Shown here piece after piece: positions 39,663 through 52,384 of a stretch of DNA of 64,000 bases. Below the pieces are notes generated by a model. The model had not been told where the DNA came from. It worked only from the letters and a program-made list of their open reading frames with translations, and did not search any database. A program made the translations under genes and the position numbers. This stretch comes from Octopus vulgaris (taxonomy: Eukaryota), in assembly GCA_951406725.2 (NCBI GenBank), contig OX597839.1, positions 27,280,001-27,344,000 of the forward strand, in the 5' to 3' direction. Within the stretch, counting starts at the first letter, position 1. Each line of letters starts with the position of its first letter.

Positions 39663-40249
39663 ACACTGTCTGGTGCGATTGTGTGTAAGTATCCGTGTGT
39701 GCATGCGTGCGCATATGGCTGTATTGATGTATTCTATTCTTCCGCCATTCGCTCCACCTCACCATGTATATATATGTATATATATATATTTAAGAAAAAA
39801 AAAGCCGCACTTCTTTTCTTTGAGGACGAACTAAACTTCCATTTCCGTCAGTTCTGTTGGTACAAATACCAACGGAGAAGACGCATAAATCTTGCAAAGT
39901 GAAGCCTCTCACACCTTCCCAGCCGTCCGCGGTCGATAAAAACACCACAAACCACGGAGACTGTTCGCTGTAGTTAAACACTAAACACCCAATCGATTCA
40001 ACTACTGCAGTCATCTTCTGCTATTGTTCATCTTGTTGTTGTTGTGTCCCACGTCTCTCTAACGCCGACGAAGTTATTGATTTTCAGCTATGTATCAATA
40101 GTTAATCAATATGTTCGTGTTATATTGATCTGATTTTGATGAAGAAAAGAGATAAACAAACCACAGTATTATTCTAAATATTTATAGACACTCGCCATTT
40201 AACTTCCTGAGATTTATTTTTTAACTTTTTATGGCTGTAGCAGGTGCGG

Positions 40250-41965
40250 AGAGCTGGCAGAAACGTTAGCACGCCGGCCGAAATGCTTGGCGGTATTTCG
40301 TCTGCCGCTACGTTCTGAGTTCAAATTCCGCCGAGGTCGACTTTGCATTTCATCCTTTCGGGGTCGATTAAATAAGTACCAGTTACGCAGTGGGGTCGAT
40401 GTAATCGACTTAATACCTATGTCTGTCCTTGTTTGTCCCCTCTGTGTTTAGCCCCTTGTGGGTAATAAAAAAATAGGTATTTTGTCTGCCGCTACGTTCT
40501 GAGTTCAAATTCCGCCGAGGTCGACTTTGCCTTTCATCCGTTCGGGGTCGATAAATTAAGTACCAGTTGCGCACTGGGGTCGATATAATCGACTTAATCC
40601 GTTTGTCAATCTTTGTTTGTCCCCTCTGTGTTTAGCCCCTTGTGGGTAGTAAAGAAATGGGTATTTCCTCTGCCGCTAGGTTCTGAGTTCAAATTCCGCC
40701 GAGGTTGACTTTGCCTTTCATCCTTTCGGGGTCGAATAAATAAGTACCAGTTATGCACTGGGGTCGATGCAATCGACTTAATCCGTTTGTCAATCTTTGT
40801 TTGTCCCCTCTGTGTTTAGCCCCTTGTGGGTAGTAAAGAAATGGGTATTTCCTCTGCCGCTAGGTTCTGAGTTCAAATTCCGCCGAGGTTGACTTTGCCT
40901 TTCATCCTTTCGGGGTCGAATAAATAAGTACCAGTTATGCACTGGGGTCGATGTAATCGACTTAATCCGTTTGTCAATCTTTGTTTGTCCTCTCTGTGTT
41001 TAGCCCCTTGTGGGTAGTAACGAAATAGGTATTTTGTCTGCTGTTACGGAGTCAATAAATTAAGTACCAGTTGCCCACTGAGATCGATCTAATCGACTGG
41101 ACCCTCTTCAAAAGTTTCGGGCCTTGTGTCATAGAGTAGAAAAGATTATTTTTATGGCCGTAGCTAGTGCGATGAGCTAGAAAAATCGTTAGCCCACCGG
41201 GCGAAATGCTTAGCGGTTTATTATCTATCGCTCCGTTCTGAGTTCAAATTCCGCCAAGGTCGACTTTGCCTTTCATCCTTTCGGGGTCGATTAAATAAGT
41301 ACCAGTTATGCACTGGAGTCGATATAATCGACTTAATCCGTTTGTCTGTCCTTGTTTGTCCCCTCTTTGTGTAGCCCCTTGTGGGTAGTAAAGAAATAGG
41401 TATTTCGCCTGTCGCTTGTGGGCAGTAAAGAAATAAGAAACGTTAGCACGCCGGGCGAAATGTTTAGCGGTATTTCGTCTGTCTTTACGTTCTGAGTTCA
41501 AATTCCGCCGAGGTCGACTTTGCCTTTCATCCTTTCGGGGTCGATAAATTAAGTACCAGTTACGAACTGGGGTCGATGTAATCGACTTAATACCTATGTC
41601 TGTCCTTGTTTGTTCCCTCTGTGTTTAGACATTTGTGTGTAATAAAAAAATCGGTATTTCGTCTGTCTTTACGTTCTGAGTTCAAATTCCGCCGAGGTCG
41701 ACTTTGCCTTTCATCCTTTCGGGGTCGATAAATTAAGTACCAGTTACGAACTGGGGTCGATGTAATCGACTTAATACCTATGTCTGTCCTTGTTTGTTCC
41801 CTCTGTGTTTAGACATTTGTGTGTAATAAAAAAATCGGTATTTCGTCTGTCTTTACGTTCTGAGTTCAAATTCCGCCGAGGTCGACTTTGCCTTTCATCC
41901 TTTCGGGGTCGATTAAATAAGTACCAGTTGCCCACTGGGATCGATCTAATCGATTGGACCCTCTG
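40250..41965 (+). repeat. Tandem arrays of SINE family C bodies, 184-bp period
   Basis: GTATTT..TCTG restarts at 40293, 40477, 40661, 40845, 41029 and at 41470, 41654, 41838. Confidence 0.9.
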
Positions 41966-42207
41966 CCAAATACCAGATAACCAGTCTCAGCTTACATTTG
42001 AACCCACGACTGCAGCTTGGTCAAGAAGACAGGCCGCGGAGAATTGTAGAATTACGTGTCGTAATCAACCCCGAACACAGTTCTTCACTGTCTTTGACGT
42101 CGACCTTGTGTTCGTCGTAGTAGTCGTGGTAACACCTGAGGCGCAGAGGAGGTGAACGTCCAACAGAGGAAGACGATCTCGCTCTCTCTCCACACACACA
42201 TTCATTA

Positions 42208-42753
42208 TGGAAGCACTTCGTCGGTTACGACGATGAGGGTTCCGGTTGATCCGAATCAACGGAACAGCCTGCTCGTGAAATTAACGCGCAAGTGGCTGAG
42301 CACTCCACAGACACGTGTACCCTTAACGTAGTTCTCGGGGATATTCAGCGTGACACAGAGAGTGACAAGGCCGGCCCCTTGAAATACAGGTACAACAGAA
42401 AGAGGAAGTAAGAGTGAGAGAAAGTTGTGGTGAAAGAGTACAGCAGGGATCACCACCATCCCCTGCCGGAGCCTCGTGGAGCTTTTTAGGTGTTTTCGCT
42501 CAATAAACACTCACAACGCCCGGTCTGGGAATCGAAACCGCGATCCTGGCTAAGCGAGCAGACCAACAGAAGAAAGAGTGAGAGAAAGAGTGGTGAAGGA
42601 GTACAGCAGGGATCACCACCCCCTGCCGGAGCCTCGTGGAGCTTTTAGGTGTTTTCGCTCAATAAATACACACAACGCCCGGTCTGGGAATCGAAACCGC
42701 GATCCTATGACCGCGAGTCCGCTGCCCCTAACCACTGGGCCATTGCGCCTCCA
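42208..42753 (-). mobile_element. SINE family B composite (body plus a second head)
   Basis: Head-proximal segment present twice. Confidence 0.85.
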
Positions 42754-43186
42754 CAATACACATTCGTTATACACTTAAGAGCAATAAAAAGATGACAGCA
42801 TTAAACACAGAAGCAACAAACAACAAAAGAGGAAGACACCTGTGATGGCTTCTCGAAGTAATCACAGTTATTGCAACGGAATCATCCCCCGCCCACCCTC
42901 CCCCTAACCCCCTATCCATTCACTCGCACGCCTCCCACCCCCACCCCCACGCCCTCGCGCATTCTCTCTCTCCCACTTCCTCTACCACCGCCACCTCCTA
43001 CTTCCTCTCACTTTTATTTTATATCTTCACTACATACCATAAACCTTCGCCGTATTTCTTCTTCGCAATCCATTAGTATAATTGTTCCATAAAGACCGAC
43101 CGACATGCTTCTGCTCTCGAAGACTCCGTCTCCCAGCATGTCTGTCCGTCCGTCCGTCCGCCTGTCCGTCTGTCTCTCTGCCCATC

Positions 43187-43461
43187 TTTCTCTCTCATTC
43201 TCTCTCTCTCTCTCTCTCACATGCACACACTCTCTCTCTTTCTCTATTTCTCTCTCTCACATACACACACACTCTCTCTCTCTCACACATGCACACACTC
43301 TCTCTCTTTCTCTCTCTCTCTCTCTCACATGCACACACTCTCTCTCATTCTCTCTCTCTCTCTCACACATACACACACACACTCTCTCTCTCTCTCTCTC
43401 ACATGCACACACTCTCTCTCATTCTCTCTCTCTCTCTCTCTCTCACATGCACACACTCTCT

Positions 43462-43497
<36 letters not shown>

Positions 43498-43668
43498 TGC
43501 ACACACTCTCTCTCATTCTCTCTCTCTCTCTCACATGCACACACACACTCTCTCTCTTTCTCTATTTCTCTCTCTCACATACACACTCTCTCTCTCTCTT
43601 TCTCTCTCTCTCTCACATGCACACACTCTCTCTCATTCTCTCTCTCTCTCTCACATACACACACACAC

Positions 43669-43706
<38 letters not shown>

Positions 43707-43812
43707 TCTCTCTCTTTCTCTCTCTCTCTCTCTCACATGCACACACTCTCTCTCATTCTCTCTCTCTCTCTCACACACACATACACACACTCTCTCTCTT
43801 TCTCTCTTTCTC
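43187..43812. repeat. Compound (CT)n/CACATGCACACA repeat
   Basis: Seen directly. Confidence 0.9.
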
Positions 43813-44010
43813 TCCCTATTCTCTTCGTCTTTCTTTCTTTCTTCCGCAGTTCCCTCCTCACTGAGTTTCTGCATCTCTCTCACTCACATTCTTACACTCT
43901 CACTCTCTCTCTCCATCTCTTTCCCTCTCTCTCTTCCCTTTCTCTCTCTCTTTCTACCATCTTTCACCCTCTCTCAGTTTCTGCAACTCTCTCTCTCTCC
44001 CTCTCCCCTC

Positions 44011-44056
<46 letters not shown>

Positions 44057-44153
44057 CCTCTCGCTTTCTCCCTTTTCTCTTTCAGTCTCTTTCTTCAGCA
44101 GTTCATCCTCTCTCTGTTTCTGCATCTCTCTCACATTCTCCTAATCTGTCTGC

Positions 44154-44198
<45 letters not shown>

Positions 44199-44605
44199 GT
44201 CCATCATTCACATTTTCTCTCTCTCACTCTCTCTCTCCCACACACATCAAATGGCACTCGTCCTTTCTCTTCTCCACATCACCTACAACAAGCTCCCGCA
44301 CTCTTTTGCATAGCTTTACTTTAATACACACACACACACACAAACACACACACACGTACACGCATATGTCTTGCTCATTGTATGCCACACAAGATGCGCC
44401 GCCCCTCATCCATGAAGATTGTTACCCGTTCCTCTGTCCCAATTCAACACTTTTCTCCTTTTACAAAATTTCTTTCTGGTTCCCTTACCAGGTATGAAAA
44501 ACTGCGTTAATAGGGGTGGATGAGAGACAAAGGGTAGAGAGAGAGAGAGAGAGCGAGAGAGTATGATCGCGGGTACGTATACACGCATACACACGTGCGC
44601 ACATT

Positions 44606-44643
<38 letters not shown>

Positions 44644-44733
44644 AATGTATGTATATATGTATTTATTTATGTATGTATGTGTGTGGGTGTGTTTATACAG
44701 GTACATATCTATTATGTATGTATGTATGTATGT

Positions 44734-44768
<35 letters not shown>

Positions 44769-44860
44769 CATATATATATATACATTAATGTATTTAATTT
44801 ATATACATCTATCTATCTATATGCATATATCTACATATATATATATATCACATATATATG

Positions 44861-44902
<42 letters not shown>

Positions 44903-45250
44903 TATACATATATATACATATATACACTCCACACACACCGCGCACCTACTTTCACCCGAGTTTGCATGACAGCGAAAATAAGCAATATTTCAAATGATTT
45001 CTTTCTGATTTCGTGGTCGATGCTGTTGTTGCTGTTGTTGTTGTTTATTTAATGATGCTGGCATGAAATCGATAACAGAAACAGCTCTACAGGTGAAAGG
45101 AAGGGGACGGAGGGTGGGGGGGGCTCGGTTGGATGGCGGGTGTGACTGGGAATATGTGTGTATGTGCTGCATGTCTGTGTGTGTGTGTGTAAGTGCGTAT
45201 GTATTGAGGGAGAATACGTGATTTGCTGTATGTGTGTGTATGTGCATATG

Positions 45251-45281
<31 letters not shown>

Positions 45282-45284
<3 letters not shown>

Positions 45285-45411
45285 GGTGTCCCAAAAAAAT
45301 GTATACACATAGTGGTTCGGCAAAAGAGAACGATAGAATAAGTACTAGGCTTACAAAGAATAACAAATTTACAATTATTTAAGGTGTATATACATTTTTT
45401 GGGACACCCTG
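45282..45411. mobile_element. 130-bp Tc1/mariner-type MITE containing a SINE A fragment
   Basis: TIRs CAGGGTGTCCCAAAAAA / TTTTTTGGGACACCCTG with TA flanks. Confidence 0.8.
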
Positions 45412-45417
45412 TATATA

Positions 45418-45800
45418 TCATCATCATCATCATCGTTTAACGTCCGTTTTCCATGCTAGCATGGGTTGGACAGTTCTACCGGGGATCTGGGAAGCCAGGA
45501 GGCTGCACCATGCTCCAGTCTGATCTGGCAGTGTTTCTACAGCTTGATGCCCTTCCTAACGCCAACCACTCTGAGAGTGTAGTGGGTGTTTTTTTACGTG
45601 CCACCGGCACAGGTGTCAGGCGAGGCTGGCAACGGCCATGATCGGTTGGTGCTTTTCACGTGCCACCGGCACGGATGCCAGTCAAGGCGGCGCTGGCATC
45701 GGCCGCGTATGGATGGTGCATTTTACGTGCCACCGGCACAGGTATCACAACTGAAATTTCCATTTGATCTTTTGATGTTGATGTACATGACTCAACAGGT
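45418..45800 (-). mobile_element. Retroposon 3' end with RTE-like tail and (GAT)n terminus
   Basis: GATGCCCTTCCTAACGCCAACC motif; three internal TTTT.ACGTGCCACCGGCAC repeats. Confidence 0.55.
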
Positions 45801-45874
45801 CTTCTCAAGCACAGCAGGCTGTCTTGCGATCCAAGGCACTTTGGAAGGGCTGGGGCTTCTATGTGAAGCTGGTG

Positions 45875-45911
<37 letters not shown>

Positions 45912-46514
45912 CATACATACATATATATTTATATACGTGTATGTGTATGGGTGTGTTCAATGTGTGTGTGTGTGTGTGTGTGTGTGATGCATTTATACTC
46001 CTCTCATTCCTCCTTCTGTTCCGATTATTATTATTATGAGGAAGGCGGGGAGATGGCAGAATCGTGAGCCCACCGGAGAAAATGATTAACAACATTTCGT
46101 CCGTCTTCACGTTCTGAGTTCAAATTACTCAGAGGTCGACTTTCTCTTTTATCCTTTCTGGGCCCATGAAATCAGTACCAGTTGCACTCTGAGGTCGCTG
46201 TCTTCTTCTTCTTTTTCTTTTCCTTTTTCTTTTTCTTTTTCTTTTTCTTTTTCTTCTTCTTCTTCTTCACTTTCTCTCCTCCACTTTCTCTCCTCCTTCT
46301 CCTCCACTTTCTCTCCTCCTTCTCCTCCACTTCTTCTCATTTGTGCATCTCGGCAGCATTTCTCTCATTCCTTCTCGTTTTCTTTCTTCTCTCATTCTTC
46401 TTTAAATTGTGTATACATTTTCGGTGGAGACCCCGTGTACTTATACATATACATACGCGTCTATGCACATTTAATTCAGACATACTCAGCATATGCACAC
46501 TTTCAGACATGATA

Positions 46515-46620
46515 AAAAAAAACCCTGCAACACCACTTTCTAAATACATTTGGAGTTTAAAAAACAAATGGATCACCTACAACATCAAACGGCCTATTAT
46601 AGATTCTGCTCCAGCTTTTG
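46515..46620 (+). pseudogene. Penelope-like element fragment (GIY-YIG endonuclease C-terminal region)
   Basis: ATPLSKYIWSLKNKWITYNIKRPIIDSAPAF resembles the T.LSKYIW.LK....Y.I.W.I motif I recall from invertebrate PLEs. Confidence 0.5.
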
Positions 46621-46894
46621 TCGTCGGTTTAACTCTAAGTACTAAGAAAACGATTTAGTGCTCTTAACATTTCTTTGCTATTTTGGATCAGTAGCAGCTC
46701 TTTAATAGCCCAGCCATTACCACCGTTACCATGACGACCACGGCGACAATCACGAAGAATACGAACGACAGGAGCAAGCGGCGTGTCTTAATTGGGATTT
46801 TGTACAAATTAGTCTGGGCAATAATAGCCGTGTTCAGTACAGTGATTATGAGGAAACCTTTAATTATCGCAATTAAGAAAATCATGACTTCAGC

Positions 46895-46963
46895 CGCCGT
46901 CGTCGTCGTCGTCGTCGTCGGCATCATCGTCATCGTCGTCATCATCATCATCGTCATCATCAC

Positions 46964-46994
<31 letters not shown>

Positions 46995-47785
46995 ATCATC
47001 GTCATCATTATCATCATCGTCATCATCATCGTCATCATCCTCATCATTATCATCATCATCATCATCATCATCGTCGTCGTCGTCGTCGTCGTCATCATCG
47101 TCATCATCATCCTCATCATTATCATCATCATCATCATCATTATCCTCATCATCATCATCATCATCATCGTCGTCATCATCATTATCATCATCATCATCAT
47201 CGTCATCATTGTCGTCGTCGTCGTCGTCGTCGTCATCATCATCATCATCCCCACCACCAGCTTCAGCATCACACCATCATCACCCCTCGTCGTCGTCCTT
47301 GTCGTTGTCAGCATCATCATCATCACCACCACCACCACCACCATCACCACTACAACAACAACAACAACAACCACCGTCGCCCCTCAATTTCACCGACATC
47401 ATCATCATCATCATCATCACCACCACCACTTGCACTGCCAATACTACAACCACTGACACAACCACTACCAATATACCACGACCAACTCCAGTCGCTCTAT
47501 CAGCTCTCCTCCGCCTACTCTTCATCAATACTACCACCACCACCACCGCAATACCACCACCACCGCAATACCACCACCACCACCACCACCACCACCGCAA
47601 TACCACCACCACTGCAATACCACCACCACCACCACCACCACCACCACCGCAATACCACCACCACTGCAATACTACCACCACCACCACCACCACCACCACC
47701 GCAATACCACCACCACTGCAATACCACACCACCACCACCACCACCGCAATACCAACACCACCACCACCATCATCATCATCATTAT
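46895..47785. repeat. Trinucleotide arrays (CAT/CGT, CAC, CACCGCAATAC)
   Basis: Seen directly. Confidence 0.92.
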
Positions 47786-48011
47786 TATGTCCATCACTTC
47801 TTCCTTCGGTTAAAAATTTAATCTTACCATCACCACATTAATCACACCCACCACCCTCACCACCTCCAATATGGCGATGGTTACCTCCATGCGTAAAGTG
47901 GCTGCTGGACGGGTCCCCTTTTCTTGCCGATGGAGCAATTTTTGAAAACAAAAACTAGGGAATGAAGAACCTGTACATGGTTGCTCGGTGTGCTTAGAAA
48001 TAACTGTTAAT

Positions 48012-48065
<54 letters not shown>

Positions 48066-48554
48066 GTTTAAATATATATATATACATACATGTATATACA
48101 TTAATCTTTTATATATATATATATATTTATATATATACACACACACACATATATATTTATATATATACATACACACACACACACACACATATATATATAC
48201 ATATATATATATATTTATATATATATATAAATATATACATATATAGATAGATAGATAGATAGATATATATATATATACATACATATATATATACAAAGTA
48301 CAGAAAATGCAGTCCTACAAACGTCTGACTAAAGGATAAAACAAAACAAAAAAAAAAAGAAAAATGTAAGCGACTGATTTCGCAGAGAAACGACCGAGGA
48401 AGATCTACGTGTATTAGGGTTCTTGATGGAGAAGTAAATACGTGTCTTAAAAGAAAAAAAAGGGGTCTTAATAGACAAAGATGGGTCTTAACCGAAGATA
48501 TTATGGATCATCCCATAAATAATACGGTTTATATTCTTTTTTCTTTCTTTTTTC

Positions 48555-48786
48555 TTGTTTCAGTCATTTTGACTGCGGCCATGCTGGAGCACCGCCTTTA
48601 ATCGAGCAACTCGACCCCGGGACTTATTCTTTTGTAAGCCCAGTACTTTTCTATCGGTCTCTTTTGCCGAACCGCTAAGTTTACGGGGGGCATAAACACA
48701 CCAGCATCGGTTGTGAAGCAATGCTAGGGGGACAAACACAGACACACAAACATACACGCACACTCACACACACACATACACGCACA

Positions 48787-48836
<50 letters not shown>

Positions 48837-48999
48837 CGACGGGCTTCTTTCAGTTTCCGTCTACCAAATCCACTCACAAGGCTTTGGTCGGCCCGAGGCT
48901 ATAGTAGAAGACACTTGCCCAAGGTGCCACGCAGTGAGACTGAACCCGGAACCATATGGTTGGTAAACAAGCTACTTACCACACAGCCACTCCTGCGCC
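48555..48999 (-). mobile_element. SINE family A, full length
   Basis: Matches the family consensus. Confidence 0.92.
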
Positions 49000-49181
49000 A
49001 TGTGGTGTCCTGTACTCACGTATATATATTTATATATGCATGTATATATACATGTAGATGTAGGTACGTACATATATGTATGTATGTATGTATGCATATA
49101 TTTTATTTATTACACTATTGTATGACTGAGCGCCCTCGCGTCGATTCGATTCGATTCGTTTCGTTTCTTCTTCTCCAAGTA

Positions 49182-49212
<31 letters not shown>

Positions 49213-49229
49213 CATACATACATACATGA

Positions 49230-50180
49230 GTTCACGCAAGTATACAAGGCCATGAGACTGGAGAGAGGTCGTCTTATCCTGCATCAGATTGCTGAAGGCA
49301 CGCTGCCCAACCTGGTGTTCACTGATGGCAAGAAATTTGATATCGAAGACCGCCAGAATGACCGACTTTTGGAGTGTATCTGACTATCGAGGAGAGACTC
49401 GTAAATCGACGTCCAAATCCGCAGCCAGTTATTGTTTGTGCGGCTGTGACAACCACTGAAATGTCTTTTCATGTTTTCGAGCCCTCGGGTGTTAGGATTT
49501 AACACCCAGCGATACATTAAAATACATTAATACCCAGCGATACATTCTGAACTGCTTTCATGGGCGAATGAGCACTTTCAGGGCGCACCTTGGAGCCGCC
49601 AACGGAGCTCGGCACCAATCCCACAGATCTCCAAACAGACACAACACTAGATTCAGAAAAACCATTCCGTCGTTCATAGGCAAGGATGTATGGCCCTCAA
49701 GAAATCCCGATCTCAACCCGTTGGATTTTCCTGATTGGTTTATTAGGTTGTCCCAAAAGTTCGTAAACACTTGCGAAAATTGAATTTTTACTCGCCAAGT
49801 ACTAACAAAAACAACAAAAATTATTCCTCAAAATAAAGACCATTATTTTCCAAGACTTTCGACGAACTTTTGGGACAACCTTATATTTTTGGAGATGAAG
49901 TTCTGAAGCACACCTCATGCTTCGCTCGGCTCTCTGAAGACAAAACTGCGCCAGGAATGAGCTTCGATTCTGCAAGAACAGTTGTGTGCTGCGTGTGAGG
50001 CATTCGCACCTAGACTTTAGGCTATGATTCGAAACAGAGGTGGTCACATCGAATAAATGTGGCAGTGTCTTCGTTGTATTTCCTTTACCAATGCATTGCA
50101 ACGCATCGACACGGAATATAACAATATTTTGCTTTGGCAAAATTGACAAAAGTTGGTTGCCTTAATTTTGGGACACCCTG
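49230..50180 (+). pseudogene. Decayed Tc1/mariner-superfamily (maT-like) transposase with 3' TIR
   Basis: LVFTDGKKFDIE..QNDR, GVRINTQRY, WPSRNPDLNPLDF..RL*AMIRNRGGHIE*; ends TTTTGGGACACCCTG-TA. Confidence 0.8.
49743..49883. mobile_element. 141-bp mariner-type MITE nested in the transposase
   Basis: TIRs TTAGGTTGTCCCAAAAGTTCGT / ACGAACTTTTGGGACAACCTTA with TA duplication. Confidence 0.85.
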
Positions 50181-50290
50181 TAGTATATGGGTATGTATAC
50201 ACATATGAAAAAACACTCACATACACACACACACATGCATACTGCATACACACACAATGCAAATGTGTATATGTATATATATATATATAT

Positions 50291-50665
50291 GAAGGCGCAT
50301 GGCTCAGTGAAGGCGCATGGCTCAGTGAAGGCGCATGGCTCAGTGGTTAGAGCGTCGAGCTTACGATTGTGAGGTTGTGAGCTCGAATCCCGGACCGGGC
50401 TGCGTGTTGTGTTCTTGAGCAAAGCACTTTATTTCACGTTGCTCCAGTTCACTCAGCTGTAGAAATGAGTTGTGACGTCACAGGGCCCAAGCTGTATCGA
50501 CCTTTGTCTTTCCCTTGGATAACACTGGTGGTGTGGAGAGGGGAGGCTGGTATGCATGGGCAACTGCTGGTCTTCCATAAACAACCTTGCCCGGACTTGT
50601 GTCTAGGAGGGTAACTTTCTAGGTGCAATCCCATGGTCATTCATGACCGAAGGGGGTCTTTACCC
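50291..50665 (+). mobile_element. SINE family D, full length, with triplicated 18-bp head
   Basis: (GAAGGCGCATGGCTCAGT)x3, then GGTTAGAGCG..CTCGAATCCC. Confidence 0.85.
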
Positions 50666-50710
50666 TTTATATATATATATATATATATATATACATACAC
50701 ACATATATAC

Positions 50711-50780
<70 letters not shown>

Positions 50781-51142
50781 GTATATACATATATATACAT
50801 ATATATATATATATACATACACACATATATACATATATATATGTATATACATATATATACATATATATATATATATACATACACACATATATACATATAT
50901 ATATGTATATATATATACATACACACATATATACATATATATATGTATATATATATATATACATATATATATGTATATACATATATATACATACATATAT
51001 ATATATATACATATATATACATATATACACATACATATATACATACATATATACATCCATATATATATATATATCACTCACACAGTATGACCTGACCTAT
51101 ACTTTTAAAATACAGAGAAAGACTCTTGTTCAAAGTCACGTG

Positions 51143-51242
51143 NNNNNNNNNNNNNNNNNNNNNNNNNNNNNNNNNNNNNNNNNNNNNNNNNNNNNNNNNN
51201 NNNNNNNNNNNNNNNNNNNNNNNNNNNNNNNNNNNNNNNNNN
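51143..51242. other. Assembly gap (100 N)
   Basis: Run of N. Confidence 1.
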
Positions 51243-51260
51243 TTATTATTATCATCATCA

Positions 51261-51294
<34 letters not shown>

Positions 51295-51991
51295 CATTAT
51301 TATTATTATTTTTATTATTATCATTATTATTTATTATCATTATTATTATCATTATTATTATTATTATCATTATCAATCTATTTATTTATTATTTCCGTTT
51401 TCTTTTTTTTGGTAAGTTTCAATCGAAGATCAATAGATATATTCTTGTGAAAGACATTGAACTACCATAAGTTCCAGACCCAAAACCTACGTTGCTGTTT
51501 GTTTGTCGTTATTTGTCAAAGAGAGGAGGAGAGAGACGGCGCTCGTCTTTTCAGTTATTACTTTCATATGAAATTCTATAGAATTGAATTTGAACTTTCA
51601 ATAAAATTTTCGTTTCTTTTTCGAAAATTAATTCGTGTCTCTTAATATAATTAAGCACACAAACGAACAAATACACACGTTTACTGACAAAACGCGTTTT
51701 GAATTAGCTTTCTTATTAATAATGATAATAATAATAATAATAATAATAATAATTAGTAGTGGTTCATGAATTTTATTAATTATTTGAAGAAGAAAATCAT
51801 TTTTTCCCCCGAATAATATTTGCACTTTTAAGTATATATACATAGACACACACACGCACTTGCATACACATACACACACTTATATGTATATATATGTCTA
51901 TATGTATATATACACATATATATACATATATATGAATATGTATGTATATGTACATATATGTATATATGAATATACACTATACACATATACA

Positions 51992-52037
<46 letters not shown>

Positions 52038-52072
52038 TCTCAATAATTCTTTTGTTGTCTTATTATTATTAC

Positions 52073-52105
<33 letters not shown>

Positions 52106-52151
52106 CATTATTAAAAATAATAATGTTTGTATATACATATATATATATATT

Positions 52152-52185
<34 letters not shown>

Positions 52186-52384
52186 CATGTGTGTACATAA
52201 AAGAGACCGGGGTTAGTTGCCTACATTTTTTACATTTCCACTGACAGAGCAATACTATTCAATGTATTCTACTGCATCTCGTATTACGCGCATAAATCAA
52301 CCACAGCAGAAGACTTACAAAGCTAGAGATCTCATCCGCTTTTTGTCTGGATTTATATTTTGTGCATTTTCTAAGACCATTTAA

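Noticed and set aside
40250-41965. CRISPR-like regular spacing (also 60953-61131 and 63477-64000)
   Set aside because: No unique spacers and no cas genes; these are tandem repeats in animal DNA
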